64,000 nucleotides of DNA, from NCBI RefSeq assembly GCF_054482525.1, contig NZ_CM137006.1; one strand, written 5' to 3'. Below are positions 46,833 to 58,999 of the stretch, in pieces. The translations under genes and the position numbers were made by a program. The notes under the pieces are model-generated. The model searched no databases. It was not told the DNA's origin and saw nothing but the letters and a program-made list of their open reading frames with translations. The stretch's first letter is position 1. Each line of letters starts with the position of its first letter.

Positions 46833-47155
46833 TTATTGAGACAGGACTTTCTTATGATTACACATTTTCGTCAAGCCATAGAAGAAACGCTGCCCTGGCT
46901 TTCCTCTTTTGGCGCTGACCCAACGGGTGGGATGACCCGTTTACTTTATTCGCCGGAATGGCTGGAAACTCAGCAGCAATTTAAAAAAAGAATGGCAGCA
47001 AGCGGGCTGGAAACACGTTTCGATGAAGTGGGGAATTTATATGGTCGCCTGAGTGGCACCGAATATCCACAAGAAGTGGTTCTGAGCGGTTCGCATATCG
47101 GGTGATGCTGCCAACTTACTGATTTAGTGTATGATGGTGTTTTTGAGGTGCTCCA

Positions 47156-47431
47156 GTGGCTTCTGTTTCTATCAGCTGTCCCTCCTGTTCAGCTACTGAC
47201 GGGGTGGTGCGTAACGGCAAAAGCACCGCCGGACATCAGCGCTATCTCTGCTCTCACTGCCGTAAAACATGGCAACTGCAGTTCACTTACACCGCTTCTC
47301 AACCCGGTACGCACCAGAAAATCATTGATATGGCCATGAATGGCGTTGGATGCCGGGCAACTGCCCGCATTATGGGCGTTGGCCTCAACACGATTTTACG
47401 TCACTTAAAAAACTCAGGCCGCAGTCGGTAA
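47156..47431 (+). CDS. insA: IS1 protein InsA
   Basis: 91-aa [43 protein letters not shown]... Confidence 0.93.
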
Positions 47432-47853
47432 CCTCGCGCATACAGCCGGGCAGTGACGTCATCGTCTGCGCGGAAATGGACGAACAGTGGGGCTATGTCG
47501 GGGCTAAATCGCGCCAGCGCTGGCTGTTTTACGCGTATGACAGTCTCCGGAAGACGGTTGTTGCGCACGTATTCGGTGAACGCACTATGGCGACGCTGGG
47601 GCGTCTTATGAGCCTGCTGTCACCCTTTGACGTGGTGATATGGATGACGGATGGCTGGCCGCTGTATGAATCCCGCCTGAAGGGAAAGCTGCACGTAATC
47701 AGCAAGCGATATACGCAGCGAATTGAGCGGCATAACCTGAATCTGAGGCAGCACCTGGCACGGCTGGGACGGAAGTCGCTGTCGTTCTCAAAATCGGTGG
47801 AGCTGCATGACAAAGTCATCGGGCATTATCTGAACATAAAACACTATCAATAA
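47350..47853 (+). CDS. insB: IS1 InsB reading frame (expressed as InsAB-prime by -1 frameshifting)
   Basis: 167-aa ORF in the -1 frame overlapping the insA 3-prime end. Confidence 0.88.
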
Positions 47854-48876
47854 GTTGGAGTCATTACCCGCATATCGATACCGTGGTTAACGGCGGTAAC
47901 CTCGACGGGCAATTCGGCGCGCTGGCGGCGTGGCTGGCAATTGACTGGTTGAAAACGCAATACGGCGCGCCGTTACGTACGGTCGAAGTGGTGGCGATGG
48001 CAGAAGAAGAAGGCAGCCGCTTCCCGTATGTCTTCTGGGGCAGTAAAAATATCTTTGGGCTGGCGAATCCTGACGACGTGCGGAATATCTGTGATGCCAA
48101 AGGAAATAGTTTTGTCGATGCGATGAAGGCTTGCGGATTTACTCTGCCGAACGCCCCACTAACTCCGCGTCAGGATATTAAAGCCTTTGTCGAACTGCAT
48201 ATCGAACAGGGCTGTGTGCTGGAAAGTAATGGGCAGTCAATTGGCGTGGTGAATGCAATTGTCGGGCAGCGTCGTTATACGGTGACGCTGAATGGCGAAT
48301 CAAACCATGCAGGCACCACGCCGATGGGTTATCGTCGTGATACGGTTTACGCTTTCAGTCGCATTTGCCATCAGTCGATCGAAAAAGCGAAAAAGATGGG
48401 CGACCCGCTGGTGCTGACCTTTGGCAAGGTGGAGCCGCGCCCGAATACGGTGAATGTGGTACCGGGTAAAACCACGTTCACCATTGATTGTCGTCATACC
48501 AACGCTGCCGTGCTGCGCGATTTCACCCAGCAGTTAGAAAACGACATGCGGGCGATTTGCGATGAAATGGACATTGGTATTGATATCGATTTATGGATGG
48601 ACGAAGAACCCGTGCCGATGAATAAGGACCTGGTCGCCACCCTGACAGAATTGTGTGAAAGAGAAAAACTGAATTACCGGGTGATGCACAGTGGTGCCGG
48701 GCACGACGCGCAAATTTTCGCGCCTCGCGTACCAACCTGCATGATTTTTATCCCCAGCATCAACGGGATCAGCCATAACCCGGCGGAACGCACCAATATT
48801 ACCGACCTTGCCGAAGGGGTCAAAACGTTGGCACTCATGCTTTATCAACTTGCCTGGCAGAAATAAGGAGTCATAA

Positions 48877-49662
48877 ATGGGATATTTAAATAACGTCACC
48901 GGTTACCGCGATGATTTACTGGCTAACCGTGCGATTGTTAAACACGGTAATTTCGCACTGTTAACCCCGGATGGTCTGGTAAAAAATATTATTCCGGGCT
49001 TTGAAAATTGTGACGCGACAATCCTCTCCACGCCAAAGCTGGGGGCCTCTTTTGTTGATTATCTGGTCACACTGCATCAAAACGGTGGCAACCAACAGGG
49101 CTTCGGTGGCGAAGGCATTGAAACGTTCCTGTATGTGATCTCTGGAAATATCACTGCCAAAGCCGAAGGCAAAACATTTGCCTTAAGCGAAGGTGGCTAT
49201 CTTTATTGCCCACCAGGCTCCTTAATGACGTTTGTTAACGCCCAGGCCGAAGACAGCCAAATCTTTTTATATAAGCGCCGCTATGTTCCGGTAGAAGGCC
49301 ATGCACCGTGGCTGGTTTCTGGCAATGCCAGCGAACTGGAACGCATTCACTATGAAGGTATGGATGATGTGATCCTGCTGGATTTTCTGCCCAAAGAGTT
49401 AGGTTTTGATATGAACATGCATATCCTCTCTTTTGCACCAGGTGCCAGCCACGGTTATATCGAAACACACGTCCAGGAACACGGTGCCTATATTCTTTCC
49501 GGTCAGGGGGTTTATAACCTCGACAATAACTGGATCCCGGTGAAAAAAGGCGATTACATCTTTATGGGCGCTTATTCTTTACAGGCTGGTTATGGCGTAG
49601 GGCGTGGTGAAGCGTTCAGCTATATTTACTCGAAAGATTGCAACCGCGACGTAGAGATTTAA
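48877..49662 (+). CDS. allE: (S)-ureidoglycine aminohydrolase AllE (YlbA), cupin
   Basis: 261-aa ORF MGYLNNVTGYRDDLLANRAIVKHGNF... Confidence 0.88.
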   Translation: MGYLNNVTGYRDDLLANRAIVKHGNFALLTPDGLVKNIIPGFENCDATILSTPKLGASFVDYLVTLHQNGGNQQGFGGEGIETFLYVISGNITAKAEGKTFALSEGGYLYCPPGSLMTFVNAQAEDSQIFLYKRRYVPVEGHAPWLVSGNASELERIHYEGMDDVILLDFLPKELGFDMNMHILSFAPGASHGYIETHVQEHGAYILSGQGVYNLDNNWIPVKKGDYIFMGAYSLQAGYGVGRGEAFSYIYSKDCNRDVEI

Positions 49663-49704
49663 GTCATACCACTCGCCTGATTATTTTTAGCTATGTTGGA
49701 TTTT

Positions 49705-49731
49705 GCCACGGTTTATACCGTGGCTTTTTTT
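49705..49731 (+). terminator. Rho-independent terminator after allE
   Basis: Stem gccacgg / ccgtggc followed by a T-run. Confidence 0.7.
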
Positions 49732-49791
49732 GCGGTAAATTCAGGTAAAAAACGGATGCGGGATAAAATGCATCCACTCTAATGGCAAGAG

Positions 49792-50937
49792 TCAGTTTTT
49801 AATTCCCTGACCTATTTTAATGGCGCAGGCAATATTTCGTGCGCTGTTGAAGAGATTGGTTTCACCGCTGGCGAGCACTTCGGCTAAAGGTGCCAGACGT
49901 GGCAAAATGCTGAACACCGCATCAATGCCGTACTGGTGCACCACTTCCACGCCATCACCCAATACGCCAGCAATCCCAATCACCGGGACATTAAACTGCT
50001 TCGCCACCGACGCCACGCCCAGCGGCGCTTTACCGCCTGCCGTTTGCGAGTCGATGCGCCCTTCCCCGGTGATCACCAGTGCTGCGCCCTGCACTGCCTG
50101 CGCAAGATTGACCGCATTCAACACAATCTCAATACCCGGTTTAATATCCGCATTGAGAAATACCGCCGCCGCAATACCCATCCCGCCCGCCGCGCCGCCG
50201 CCCGCCATCTGGCAGACATTAATTTCAGTTTGCTGTTGTAAAACACGGGCGTAATTTTGCAGCCCCTGTTCCAGCTCTTCGACCATTTCCGGCGTTGCCC
50301 CTTTTTGCGGGCCAAACACCGCCGCCGCGCCGCGTGCCCCTACCAGCGGGTTATCAACGTCACATGCTACTTCAATATGGCAGTTCGCCAGACGCGGATC
50401 GCATTCCTCCATCTCAATGCTTGCCACGCGCGCTAAATTGCCGCCGTTAGCCGCCAGCACCTGGCCGTCGGCATCGAGAAAACGCACACCAAGCGCCTGC
50501 GCCATGCCCATACCGCCGTCGACCGTCGCACTGCCGCCAATGCCGAGAATAATATGGCGAATGTCGTTATCCAGCGCATGCCGAATTAACTCCCCCGTAC
50601 CAAAACTGGAGGCCAGCAACGGATTACGCTTTTCAGGCGCGACCAGCATCAGGCCACTTGCTGCCGCCATCTCAATCACCGCTGTTTTCCCGTCGCCGGT
50701 AAGGCCATAAAAAGCATTCACTTTTTCGCCCATCGGCCCGCAGACTTCAAGCGTCACGATGTTACCACCCGTCGCGGCGACCATCGCATCCACCGTCCCT
50801 TCGCCGCCATCCGCTATCGGCAAACAGATATAGTTCGCATCGGGAAAGAGGGTCGAAAACCCGGCTTTAATTGCCTGACAACATTTTTCTGCACTTAAGC
50901 TCTCTTTAAAAGAGTCTGGCGCAATGACAATCTTCAT
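49792..50937 (-). CDS. glxK: Glycerate 2-kinase GlxK
   Basis: 381 codons from [20 protein letters not shown]. Confidence 0.9.
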   Translation of the reverse strand: MKIVIAPDSFKESLSAEKCCQAIKAGFSTLFPDANYICLPIADGGEGTVDAMVAATGGNIVTLEVCGPMGEKVNAFYGLTGDGKTAVIEMAAASGLMLVAPEKRNPLLASSFGTGELIRHALDNDIRHIILGIGGSATVDGGMGMAQALGVRFLDADGQVLAANGGNLARVASIEMEECDPRLANCHIEVACDVDNPLVGARGAAAVFGPQKGATPEMVEELEQGLQNYARVLQQQTEINVCQMAGGGAAGGMGIAAAVFLNADIKPGIEIVLNAVNLAQAVQGAALVITGEGRIDSQTAGGKAPLGVASVAKQFNVPVIGIAGVLGDGVEVVHQYGIDAVFSILPRLAPLAEVLASGETNLFNSARNIACAIKIGQGIKN

Positions 50938-50958
50938 TATCAATCCTTTTTCAACAAA

Positions 50959-52260
50959 TTATTCGATGCGTTCCCACGGAATAAGGTTATCCATAAGAAC
51001 AGCCAGTAAAATCCCGACCAATAAGCCGTTACTGAGCAGAGGACGAAGCGTTAATGGAAGGTCTTGCAGATACACAGGCGGTAATGCCATTAAAAATATG
51101 CCGACAAATAACGGCAATGCGAGTCGATAAATATTGCGAGCGGTAAACGTTATTTGCTGGCTAAACACCAGCGCCGAAAAGAGTAAAGGCAGATAAGAAA
51201 CCAGCATAACCGCGCTACTCACGGGTAAAGGGATACTGCAAAACAGTCGTGTGAGTGCCGGAACCAGTGCCACCAGCAGGCAAATAACGCTGCCATAAAT
51301 AAACGAACGCCGCGTGTAATCGCCAGTCTGGGTTAATAAACCAATGGATGAAACAAACGGTGAAAATGGAATTACCGCCAGCGGTACGGTTATCAGCGTC
51401 ATAAATCCGGTCGCCACAAAGCTACGACGATAACGCGTATTCCCCGCGCCCTGCTGCGGATAAAAAACATCCGTGCCCCGAATCGCACCGTAGGTATTGC
51501 TGATATTTACCAGACCTGTAATCACCGCCGTCAGAATAATCCCCGGCGACAAAGCACCGCCACTGCCGAGCGGGAACCACTGCCAGTGCAACTCACCGGA
51601 GAGCGAATGCGAAGAAGGAAAGCAAAAGTACCACAACAACCAGCCGGTTATGGTACCGACCAGCAGGCCATAACGGGCAAAACGTTGCGGCAGAAAGATA
51701 ATCATCGCCAGTACCAGGCACATCACCGCGACCGAGAGCGCGAACGGCGGTAACTGAATTTTAAAATTCGGGTCGGCTATGCCAAACGGCAGCCCGAGCA
51801 TACCTTTGAAAAAGATAGTGGTCAGCTGCGCGCCCAGCATCAACATAAACAAGACCATCACCGACGGCGTAAATAACCGTGCCAGACGATGACCTAATCC
51901 GCTAAAACCAATCAACATCGTCAACACGCCAGAGAGCGCAATTCCCACCGCCAGGCTGGTAGCGATATCGTTGATCGGTGTCCCGCGCGATGCTTCGCCA
52001 AGGGTGATAGTAAGGATGGTTCCCCACCACAGGCCGCCTGGCCCTTCCATAATAGCGCGACGATGACCGCAGAACGCCTGAGCGAAGCAGGCCAGTGCGG
52101 TAGCAAGAAAAGCATATTGCGTGAGCGTAAGCAGGCTACTTTGCGGCAACTGAAAAGCAGAAAGTAGCGTAGGAGGAACCACAACAGTGTTGCAAAAAAT
52201 AAAGAAAAACCACTGAAATCCTGATAACAGGCTTTCGCGGCTGACTGCAAAATTGAACAT
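50959..52260 (-). CDS. ybbY: Putative purine/nucleobase permease YbbY (NCS2 family)
   Basis: About 433-aa multi-TM ORF in the allantoin cluster. Confidence 0.85.
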   Translation of the reverse strand: MFNFAVSRESLLSGFQWFFFIFCNTVVVPPTLLSAFQLPQSSLLTLTQYAFLATALACFAQAFCGHRRAIMEGPGGLWWGTILTITLGEASRGTPINDIATSLAVGIALSGVLTMLIGFSGLGHRLARLFTPSVMVLFMLMLGAQLTTIFFKGMLGLPFGIADPNFKIQLPPFALSVAVMCLVLAMIIFLPQRFARYGLLVGTITGWLLWYFCFPSSHSLSGELHWQWFPLGSGGALSPGIILTAVITGLVNISNTYGAIRGTDVFYPQQGAGNTRYRRSFVATGFMTLITVPLAVIPFSPFVSSIGLLTQTGDYTRRSFIYGSVICLLVALVPALTRLFCSIPLPVSSAVMLVSYLPLLFSALVFSQQITFTARNIYRLALPLFVGIFLMALPPVYLQDLPLTLRPLLSNGLLVGILLAVLMDNLIPWERIE

Positions 52261-52316
52261 AAACACACCTTAACCGGAGAATGCCCGCCGCAAGGACGGG
52301 CATTGCAGGGGCCAGA

Positions 52317-53678
52317 TTACTGCTGATGTTTAAGGATAAATTGACCTTTCGGCGCAACAGGGAAGCCCTGTTCAATGTCGTAAATCACATCACCACGTAA
52401 GATGGTTTTCGTGATACGCGCGCCAATGGTACGGCCAACATACGGGCTGACTTTGTGGCGATATTCCAGATCGTCATTGGTAAGAACATAGCTGCTATTC
52501 GGCTGAATGAAGACGAAGTCGGCATCTTTTCCTGGGGCGATACGGCCTTTTTGCTGCAGACCGAAAATATCTGCTGCGTTAGTCGCCATTAATTTGCCGA
52601 ACATTGGCAGAGACATTCCGCGTTTCTGTACCGCTTCATCGAACATCACGTCCATACAGTTTTGCAGACCGGCAATACCGCCCCATGCTTCCATGATGTT
52701 GCCGGCTTTCATTTCCGGAGGGCATGGTGAGTGGTCGGAAACCAGGCAGTCGATTTCACCGTTAAATAGTTTTTCCCACATGCCTTTCTGGTTTTCCAGA
52801 TCGCGGATCGGCGGTGAACACTTCGCCAGAGTACCGATTTCTTCGAACTGATCGGTATCCAGTACAAAGTAATGCGGGCAGGATTCACAGGTAACATCCT
52901 GGCCTTCCTGACGTGCACGAGTCACTTCCTCAACACCTTCCGGGCTGCTGATATGGCAAACGTGCAGACGGCAACCAGCAACTTTCGCCAGGTACAGCAC
53001 GCGGCGAATCGCTTCCACTTCGGTAAATACCGGACGCGAAGCCACATAGTCATGTGCGGTTACGCGACCTTCACTTTTCGCTTCTTCGCCCAGTGCATCA
53101 CAGATCAGCGCGTTTTCGCAGTGAACCAGCACCGGCTGCCCCAGTTCGCCCAGCTTCTGCGCACCTTTGAAGAACTGCCAGTCGTTTACATCACGGAAGT
53201 CGTTGTCGATACCGCGATCGCCACAGGTCGCAACGAAGCATTTGAAGCCGACAACGCCCACTTCATCCAGCTCATGCAGACGGTCGATGTTGTAAGACAC
53301 CAGGCCACCGAGTTGTGCCGCATCGATAGTCAGCTTGCCTTTGGCGGCATCAAACTTCAGTTCAATCGATGCGCGGTCAACCGTTGCAGGCAGCTGGTTG
53401 AGCGGCATTTCGATCATGGTGGTGATACCGCCTTTTGCCGCTGCGCGAGTGCCAGTTTCATAACCTTCCCAGTGGCTACGACCCGGTTCAGAAATATGGG
53501 TGTGCGCATCAACCATGCCCGGCGAAACCACCAGACCAGACGCATCCATCACTTCTTTTGCATCACCCAGATCCTGACCGATAGCAGCAATTTTCCCGCC
53601 TTTAACGGCGATATCTACAACGCGAGCTTCGTTTTCTAAAATAACGGTGCCGTTTTTAATGATTAAATCAAAAGACAT
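52317..53678 (-). CDS. allB: Allantoinase AllB
   Basis: 453-aa amidohydrolase [37 protein letters not shown]... Confidence 0.93.
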   Translation of the reverse strand: MSFDLIIKNGTVILENEARVVDIAVKGGKIAAIGQDLGDAKEVMDASGLVVSPGMVDAHTHISEPGRSHWEGYETGTRAAAKGGITTMIEMPLNQLPATVDRASIELKFDAAKGKLTIDAAQLGGLVSYNIDRLHELDEVGVVGFKCFVATCGDRGIDNDFRDVNDWQFFKGAQKLGELGQPVLVHCENALICDALGEEAKSEGRVTAHDYVASRPVFTEVEAIRRVLYLAKVAGCRLHVCHISSPEGVEEVTRARQEGQDVTCESCPHYFVLDTDQFEEIGTLAKCSPPIRDLENQKGMWEKLFNGEIDCLVSDHSPCPPEMKAGNIMEAWGGIAGLQNCMDVMFDEAVQKRGMSLPMFGKLMATNAADIFGLQQKGRIAPGKDADFVFIQPNSSYVLTNDDLEYRHKVSPYVGRTIGARITKTILRGDVIYDIEQGFPVAPKGQFILKHQQ

Positions 53679-53737
53679 AACAAACTCCTTGTAAAATACA
53701 GATTGGTTTTTAACTCAATGTTCAATATCGGGATTAA

Positions 53738-55192
53738 TTAACCTATGGTTTTTTGCTCTCCTGTTTTTTCTGCTGTTGTACGTTTCTTTAATAAGGCGTA
53801 GGCCGCAAAGGCGACGATGACGCCGACAAACCATGAAACACGAGATAACGGTTCCATAAAGGGAATAAACTTACCGCCAAGAGATAAAATAACGGCCACC
53901 AGAGTTACTGAAAACGCAGTGAGGTTAAAACCGTTATCGTAATATTTATAATCGCCAGGTGCGGTGTACAGTTCATCAAGATTAATTTGCCCACGCATCA
54001 CCACAAAATAATGCGCCATCATGACACCAATTACCGGACCCAGCATCCCGCCGATAATATCGAGGAACAGATAAATACTGTCCTGATTTTCCATTAATTT
54101 CCACGGGCAGATCACCAGGCTGATAATACTGGCAATCAGTACGCCGTTTTTATAGGTCAGTTTCGTCGGTGCAATAGCGGCAATCTGATAACCGGCCGGA
54201 ATAATATTACCGGTGGCGTTAGTGGAAATGGTCGTCATCAGAATAACCAGTACCGCAAAGAACGAGGCAAACAGGCTGTCCCAACGCTGAACAATATCCA
54301 GCACGTTCCAGGTGTCAGCGCCGTAATGAATACTGGCTCCGGCAATAATACATACCCCCGCGACCGCAAACAGAATATAGGCCACAACTAAACCCAGCGT
54401 TTGCCCCAGCGCTTGCTCACGAAACGAGTGGGCGTTTTGCGTAAAGTCGGATGCGCTCACCGCCGGTGCCGCCCAGACCGCAACTACCGCGTTAATCACC
54501 ACCAGGAACAGGAAGCCACTGTTTTCTGCTTTCTGAATACCGCTCGGAATGTAGTCAAAGATTGGACCAAGCCCGACCAGCGAAATCGCCCAAATCGCCA
54601 TACCGCCGAAAACGATATAGATGCACGGGTTAAGAATGGCGGTGAATTTATTTAAAACTTTGCCACCGCCGAAACCGATTCCGACGTTCACCAGCCAGAA
54701 GAGTAAGAAAGTGATTAAGCCCGGTAGAGAAAGCCCTAACAGGGTAAAATCACCACCGAGAGTTAAAAATCCCGGCCAGATTTTGCCAATCAGGATCAAG
54801 CAGGCCAGCGATCCAGCGTAACATTGCAGGCCAAACCACATAATGGCAGCAATCCCGCCTCTTAATAATCCGGGAAACAGTGCACCACGTACGCCGTAAG
54901 AAGCACGCAGGATCATGGCAAAAGGCACACCGTATTTACTGCCCGCAGCACCGTTTAATACCATTACCGCGGCAATGAAAAAGGCGCTGAGGATAATTGC
55001 CAGCATAATACTAAAGGTAGACAAGCCGAGAATAAAAAAGCCGCCGACCATCACATAATTGGGAACGTTATGAACCGAACCCATCCATAAGGTAAAATAG
55101 TTAAATGTTTTCCAGGTCCGCTGGCTTTGCGTTTTCGGCAATAGATCTTCGCTATAGCCGCGTTGCTGGAATAGTTTTCTCTGATGTTCCAT
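53738..55192 (-). CDS. ybbW: Allantoin permease YbbW (AllW), NCS1 family
   Basis: 484-aa multi-TM ORF. Confidence 0.9.
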   Translation of the reverse strand: MEHQRKLFQQRGYSEDLLPKTQSQRTWKTFNYFTLWMGSVHNVPNYVMVGGFFILGLSTFSIMLAIILSAFFIAAVMVLNGAAGSKYGVPFAMILRASYGVRGALFPGLLRGGIAAIMWFGLQCYAGSLACLILIGKIWPGFLTLGGDFTLLGLSLPGLITFLLFWLVNVGIGFGGGKVLNKFTAILNPCIYIVFGGMAIWAISLVGLGPIFDYIPSGIQKAENSGFLFLVVINAVVAVWAAPAVSASDFTQNAHSFREQALGQTLGLVVAYILFAVAGVCIIAGASIHYGADTWNVLDIVQRWDSLFASFFAVLVILMTTISTNATGNIIPAGYQIAAIAPTKLTYKNGVLIASIISLVICPWKLMENQDSIYLFLDIIGGMLGPVIGVMMAHYFVVMRGQINLDELYTAPGDYKYYDNGFNLTAFSVTLVAVILSLGGKFIPFMEPLSRVSWFVGVIVAFAAYALLKKRTTAEKTGEQKTIG

Positions 55193-55361
55193 AAATCCCT
55201 CTTAATTTCACGTATCGAATAACGTCTTTTTAATCTAGCTATGAGGAACAAATAAAATAAAAATATTATTTTTAATACTGAAGCAACATCTTTGGCTGCT
55301 TTCTTTTTTTAATATTGCTGGCCGATTCATTTTCTGATATCGGCCATTTTTATTGCGGGTA

Positions 55362-56240
55362 TCAGGCCAGTTTATGGTTAGCCATTAATTCCAGCGCCTG
55401 CACTAACGCAGAGTGATCCAACTGGCTACCACCGTTTGCCGCACAGGTATTAAACAATTCCTGGCAGGTCGCGGTGTTTGGCAGATTCAGCGCCAGTGCT
55501 TTCGCACTTTGCAGTGCCAGGTTGAGATCTTTCTGGTGCAGCGCAATTTTAAAACCTGGATTAAAGGTGCGTTTAATCATGCGCTCACCGTGAACTTCCA
55601 GAATACGTGAGGAAGCAAAGCCGCCCATCAGCGCCTGGCGCACACGTACCGGGTCCGCACCGGCTTTTGAAGCAAATAGCAGGGCTTCAGAAACCGCTTC
55701 AATATTGAGCGCCACAATAATCTGATTTGCCACTTTGCAGGTTTGACCGTCGCCGTTACCGCCGACGAGGGTGATATTTTTACCGAGCAGTTCAAACAGC
55801 GGTTTAACACGTTCAAATACCGCTTCATCACCGCCAACCATAATCGACAACGTCCCTTCACGCGCACCGATTTCACCGCCGGAGACTGGCGCATCGAGAT
55901 AATCGCCGCCCAGTTCATTCACCTGACGAGCGAAACGCTTAGTTTCAATCGGGGAAATGGAGCTCATATCAACAATGGTTTTGCCCTTCAGCGAGGCTTT
56001 GGTACAACCATTTTCACCAAACAGAACTTCTTCAACCTGTGGTGTGTCCGGCACCATAATAAAAATGATGTCCGCTGCTTCCGTTACCTGGCGCGCAGTT
56101 TCAACACTGACGGCACCCAGTGACAGTAATTCATCAGCAACCGGACCAATGGTTGTGACATGCAGTTGATGACCGGCTCGCGCCAGATTAATGGCCATCG
56201 GTGTACCCATAATGCCTAAGCCAATAAATCCCAGTTTCAT
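55362..56240 (-). CDS. glxR: Tartronate semialdehyde reductase GlxR
   Basis: 292-aa ORF with NAD-binding GxGxxG N-terminus (MKLGFIGLGIMG). Confidence 0.92.
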   Translation of the reverse strand: MKLGFIGLGIMGTPMAINLARAGHQLHVTTIGPVADELLSLGAVSVETARQVTEAADIIFIMVPDTPQVEEVLFGENGCTKASLKGKTIVDMSSISPIETKRFARQVNELGGDYLDAPVSGGEIGAREGTLSIMVGGDEAVFERVKPLFELLGKNITLVGGNGDGQTCKVANQIIVALNIEAVSEALLFASKAGADPVRVRQALMGGFASSRILEVHGERMIKRTFNPGFKIALHQKDLNLALQSAKALALNLPNTATCQELFNTCAANGGSQLDHSALVQALELMANHKLA

Positions 56241-56339
56241 AATTAACCTCTTTTAAATTTCGCTTTTCCTGAATTCAGACAACACGATCCCCTGCCAACT
56301 TAGCGGCCTAAAAAAGCATTGTCTGAATAGCGTTACGTT

Positions 56340-57116
56340 TTAACGGTACGGATCCATCCAGCCTAAACCAGCTTCCGTGGTGGTTTGGGGTTTATATTCA
56401 CAGCCAACCCAACCGTTGTAGTCAGAATTTTCAATTACCGTAAAGAGATATTCGTAATTAATTTCTCCGGTTCCCGGTTCGCCGCGATGCGGATTATCGG
56501 CAATTTGCAGGTGACCAATTTTATCGGCCCATTGAGTCATAGTGTTGGTTAATTCACCTTCCATCCGCTGCATATGATAAATGTCATACTGAATTTTCAA
56601 ATTGCAGCAACCGACATCATCAATCAGTTTCAGCGCCTGCCGAGTTCCGGTGAGATGGAAACCAGGAATATCAAAATGGTTGATAGGTTCAATCAGTAAT
56701 AAAATATCTTCTTTCATCAGCATATTCGCGGCATAACGCAGGTTTTCTACAAGCGTTGCGTGAATCTGTTCACTGCTGAAACCAGCCGGCGTTTTACCGA
56801 CCAGACAGTTAATTTTTTTATTACCCAGCGCACGGGCATAACGAATCGCTGCTGCTACGCCATCCCGAAACTCTTCTTCACGGCCAGGAATACAGGCAAT
56901 ACCGCGCTCCCCCGCCGCCCAGTCACCCGCCGGTAAATTGTGCAGCGTATGTTCGAGTTTATTACTCACCAGTACCTGTTTTAATTCTTCAATGTCGTAG
57001 TCATAAGGGAACATAAATTCAACACCGCGAAAACCACACTGCGCAGCTTTCTCAAAACGGGCGAGAAAATCATATTCACCAAATAACATCGATAAATTAG
57101 CAGAGAAACGTAACAT
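56340..57116 (-). CDS. hyi: Hydroxypyruvate isomerase Hyi
   Basis: 258-aa ORF MLRFSANLSMLFGEYDFLARFEKAAQCGF... Confidence 0.92.
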   Translation of the reverse strand: MLRFSANLSMLFGEYDFLARFEKAAQCGFRGVEFMFPYDYDIEELKQVLVSNKLEHTLHNLPAGDWAAGERGIACIPGREEEFRDGVAAAIRYARALGNKKINCLVGKTPAGFSSEQIHATLVENLRYAANMLMKEDILLLIEPINHFDIPGFHLTGTRQALKLIDDVGCCNLKIQYDIYHMQRMEGELTNTMTQWADKIGHLQIADNPHRGEPGTGEINYEYLFTVIENSDYNGWVGCEYKPQTTTEAGLGWMDPYR

Positions 57117-57128
57117 TATTTATCTCCC

Positions 57129-58910
57129 TTATTCATAGTGCATGAAGCAGGTTTCAGTCGGTGCGTCCACTGCGTTATCGGCGATATCTTCAAATTCCAT
57201 GACGTTATCCAGTTCGCTGCCCATCGAAATATTGGTCACACGCTCGAGAATAACTTCCACGACTACCGGTACCCGATATTGCGCCATTAAGGCTTTCGCC
57301 TGTTCAAAGGCTGGTGCAATATCTTCCGGTTTGAAGACCCGAATCGCTTTACAACCTAAACCTTCCGCTACTTTTACGTGGTCGACGCCGTAACCGTTCA
57401 CTTCACTGGAGTTAATATTTTCGAACGCGAGCTGTACGCAGTAATCCATATCAAACGCGCGCTGCGACTGGCGAATCAGCCCCAGATAGGCGTTATTGAC
57501 CAGTACATGGATGTACGGAATGTTGAACTGTGCGCCAACGGCCAATTCTTCAATCAGGAACTGAAAGTCGAAGTCACCGGAAATCGCCACCACTTTGCGC
57601 TCTGGATCAGCGGCACACACGCCCAGCGCCGCCGGAATGGTCCAGCCCAACGGGCCTGCCTGCCCACAGTTGATCCAGTGGCGGTCTTTAAAGACATGCA
57701 GCATTTGTGCCGCAGCGATTTGTGACAGACCAATGGTGGTGACATAACAAACATCGCGACCAAAGGCTTTGTTCATCTCTTCATACACGCGCTGCGGTTT
57801 CACCGGCACGTTGTCGAAGTGGGTTTTGCGCAGCAAAGTGCGTTTGCGCTGCTGGCAGTCGGCGACCCATTCTTTACGACACGGCAGACGACCCGCTTTT
57901 TGCATCTCCTGCGCCACTTCAACCAGCAGTGTCAGCGCCGCTTTAGCATCAGAGACAATGCCGAGATCCGGACACAGCACGCGGCCAATTTGCGTCGGCT
58001 CAATATCGATATGAACGATTTTGCGCCCTTCGGTGTATTTCTCTACCGAACCGGTATGACGGTTCGCAAAACGGTTACCGATACCAAACACCATGTCGGA
58101 CGCCAGTAGCGTTGCGTTACCGTAACGATGTGCGGTTTGCAGACCCACCATCCCGGCCATCAGTTCATGATCGTCCGGGATACAGCCCCAGCCCATCAGC
58201 GTTGGGATCACCGGAACGCTGGTCAGTTCAGCAAACTGTTGTAACAGTGCAGCTGCGTCAGCATTGATTACCCCGCCCCCGGCAACAATCACCGGACGTT
58301 CGGCCTGGATTAACATTTCTACCGCTTTTTCGATCTGCATACGGCTGGCAGCAGGTTTGTAGACCGGCAGCGGTTCGTACATGTCAGGATCAAACTCGAT
58401 TTCCGCAACCTGAACGTCGAACGGTAAATCCACCAATACCGGACCCGGACGACCAGAACGCATCAGGTGAAATGCCTGTTGCAGCACGCGAGGCACCAGC
58501 GCCGCTTCACGAACTGTAACCGCCATTTTGCTGACCGGTTTAGCAATTGCTTCAATATCTACGGCCTGAAAATCTTCTTTATGCAGACGGGCGCGCGGTG
58601 CCTGGCCGGTAATGCACAGAATAGGAATGGAATCAGCAGAAGCGGAATAGAGCGCGGTGATCATGTCCGTGCCCGCAGGACCGGAAGTCCCCAGACATAC
58701 GCCGATATTCCCTGCCGTTGCGCGGGTATAACCTTCCGCCATGTGCGAAGCACCTTCCACATGACGCGCCAGAATGTGACGAATACCGCCGTGCTTACGC
58801 ATCGCTGAGTAGAACGGATTGATTGCAGCTCCCGGAACGCCGAAGGCGGTGGTGATACCTTCTTTCTCCAGCACATACATTGCCGCGTCAACGGCTCTCA
58901 TTTTTGCCAT
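57129..58910 (-). CDS. gcl: Glyoxylate carboligase Gcl (TPP enzyme)
   Basis: 593 codons from [27 protein letters not shown]; the track ORF extends upstream to 59000. Confidence 0.93.
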   Translation of the reverse strand: MAKMRAVDAAMYVLEKEGITTAFGVPGAAINPFYSAMRKHGGIRHILARHVEGASHMAEGYTRATAGNIGVCLGTSGPAGTDMITALYSASADSIPILCITGQAPRARLHKEDFQAVDIEAIAKPVSKMAVTVREAALVPRVLQQAFHLMRSGRPGPVLVDLPFDVQVAEIEFDPDMYEPLPVYKPAASRMQIEKAVEMLIQAERPVIVAGGGVINADAAALLQQFAELTSVPVIPTLMGWGCIPDDHELMAGMVGLQTAHRYGNATLLASDMVFGIGNRFANRHTGSVEKYTEGRKIVHIDIEPTQIGRVLCPDLGIVSDAKAALTLLVEVAQEMQKAGRLPCRKEWVADCQQRKRTLLRKTHFDNVPVKPQRVYEEMNKAFGRDVCYVTTIGLSQIAAAQMLHVFKDRHWINCGQAGPLGWTIPAALGVCAADPERKVVAISGDFDFQFLIEELAVGAQFNIPYIHVLVNNAYLGLIRQSQRAFDMDYCVQLAFENINSSEVNGYGVDHVKVAEGLGCKAIRVFKPEDIAPAFEQAKALMAQYRVPVVVEVILERVTNISMGSELDNVMEFEDIADNAVDAPTETCFMHYE

Positions 58911-58929
58911 TTTATTCCTACCTCTATTA

Positions 58930-58946
58930 ATTGGAAAAATTTTCCA
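58930..58946. promoter_or_regulatory. Candidate AllR operator in the gcl promoter region
   Basis: Palindrome ttggaaaaattttccaa; a similar palindrome lies in the allA-allS intergenic region. Confidence 0.55.
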
Positions 58947-58999
58947 ACTTTCAAATTTTGTCAAAAAAACCCGCTCCGCAGAGCGGGATGCGACAGACA

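Larger units (their letters stand above)
47101..47868 (+). mobile_element. IS1, 768 bp
   Basis: Starts ggtgatgctgccaacttactgatttagtgtatgatggtg and ends ...aagttggagtcattacc; flanked by 9-bp direct repeat cgcatatcg (47092-47100 and 47869-47877). Confidence 0.95.
46854..48866 (+). pseudogene. allC: allC (allantoate amidohydrolase) disrupted by an IS1 insertion after codon ~82
   Basis: 5-prime part MITHFRQAIEETLPWLSSF...LSGSHI (46854-47100) and 3-prime part DTVVNGGNLDGQFG...LAWQK (47869-48866) are contiguous in frame once the IS1 and one copy of the 9-bp duplication are removed. Confidence 0.88.
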
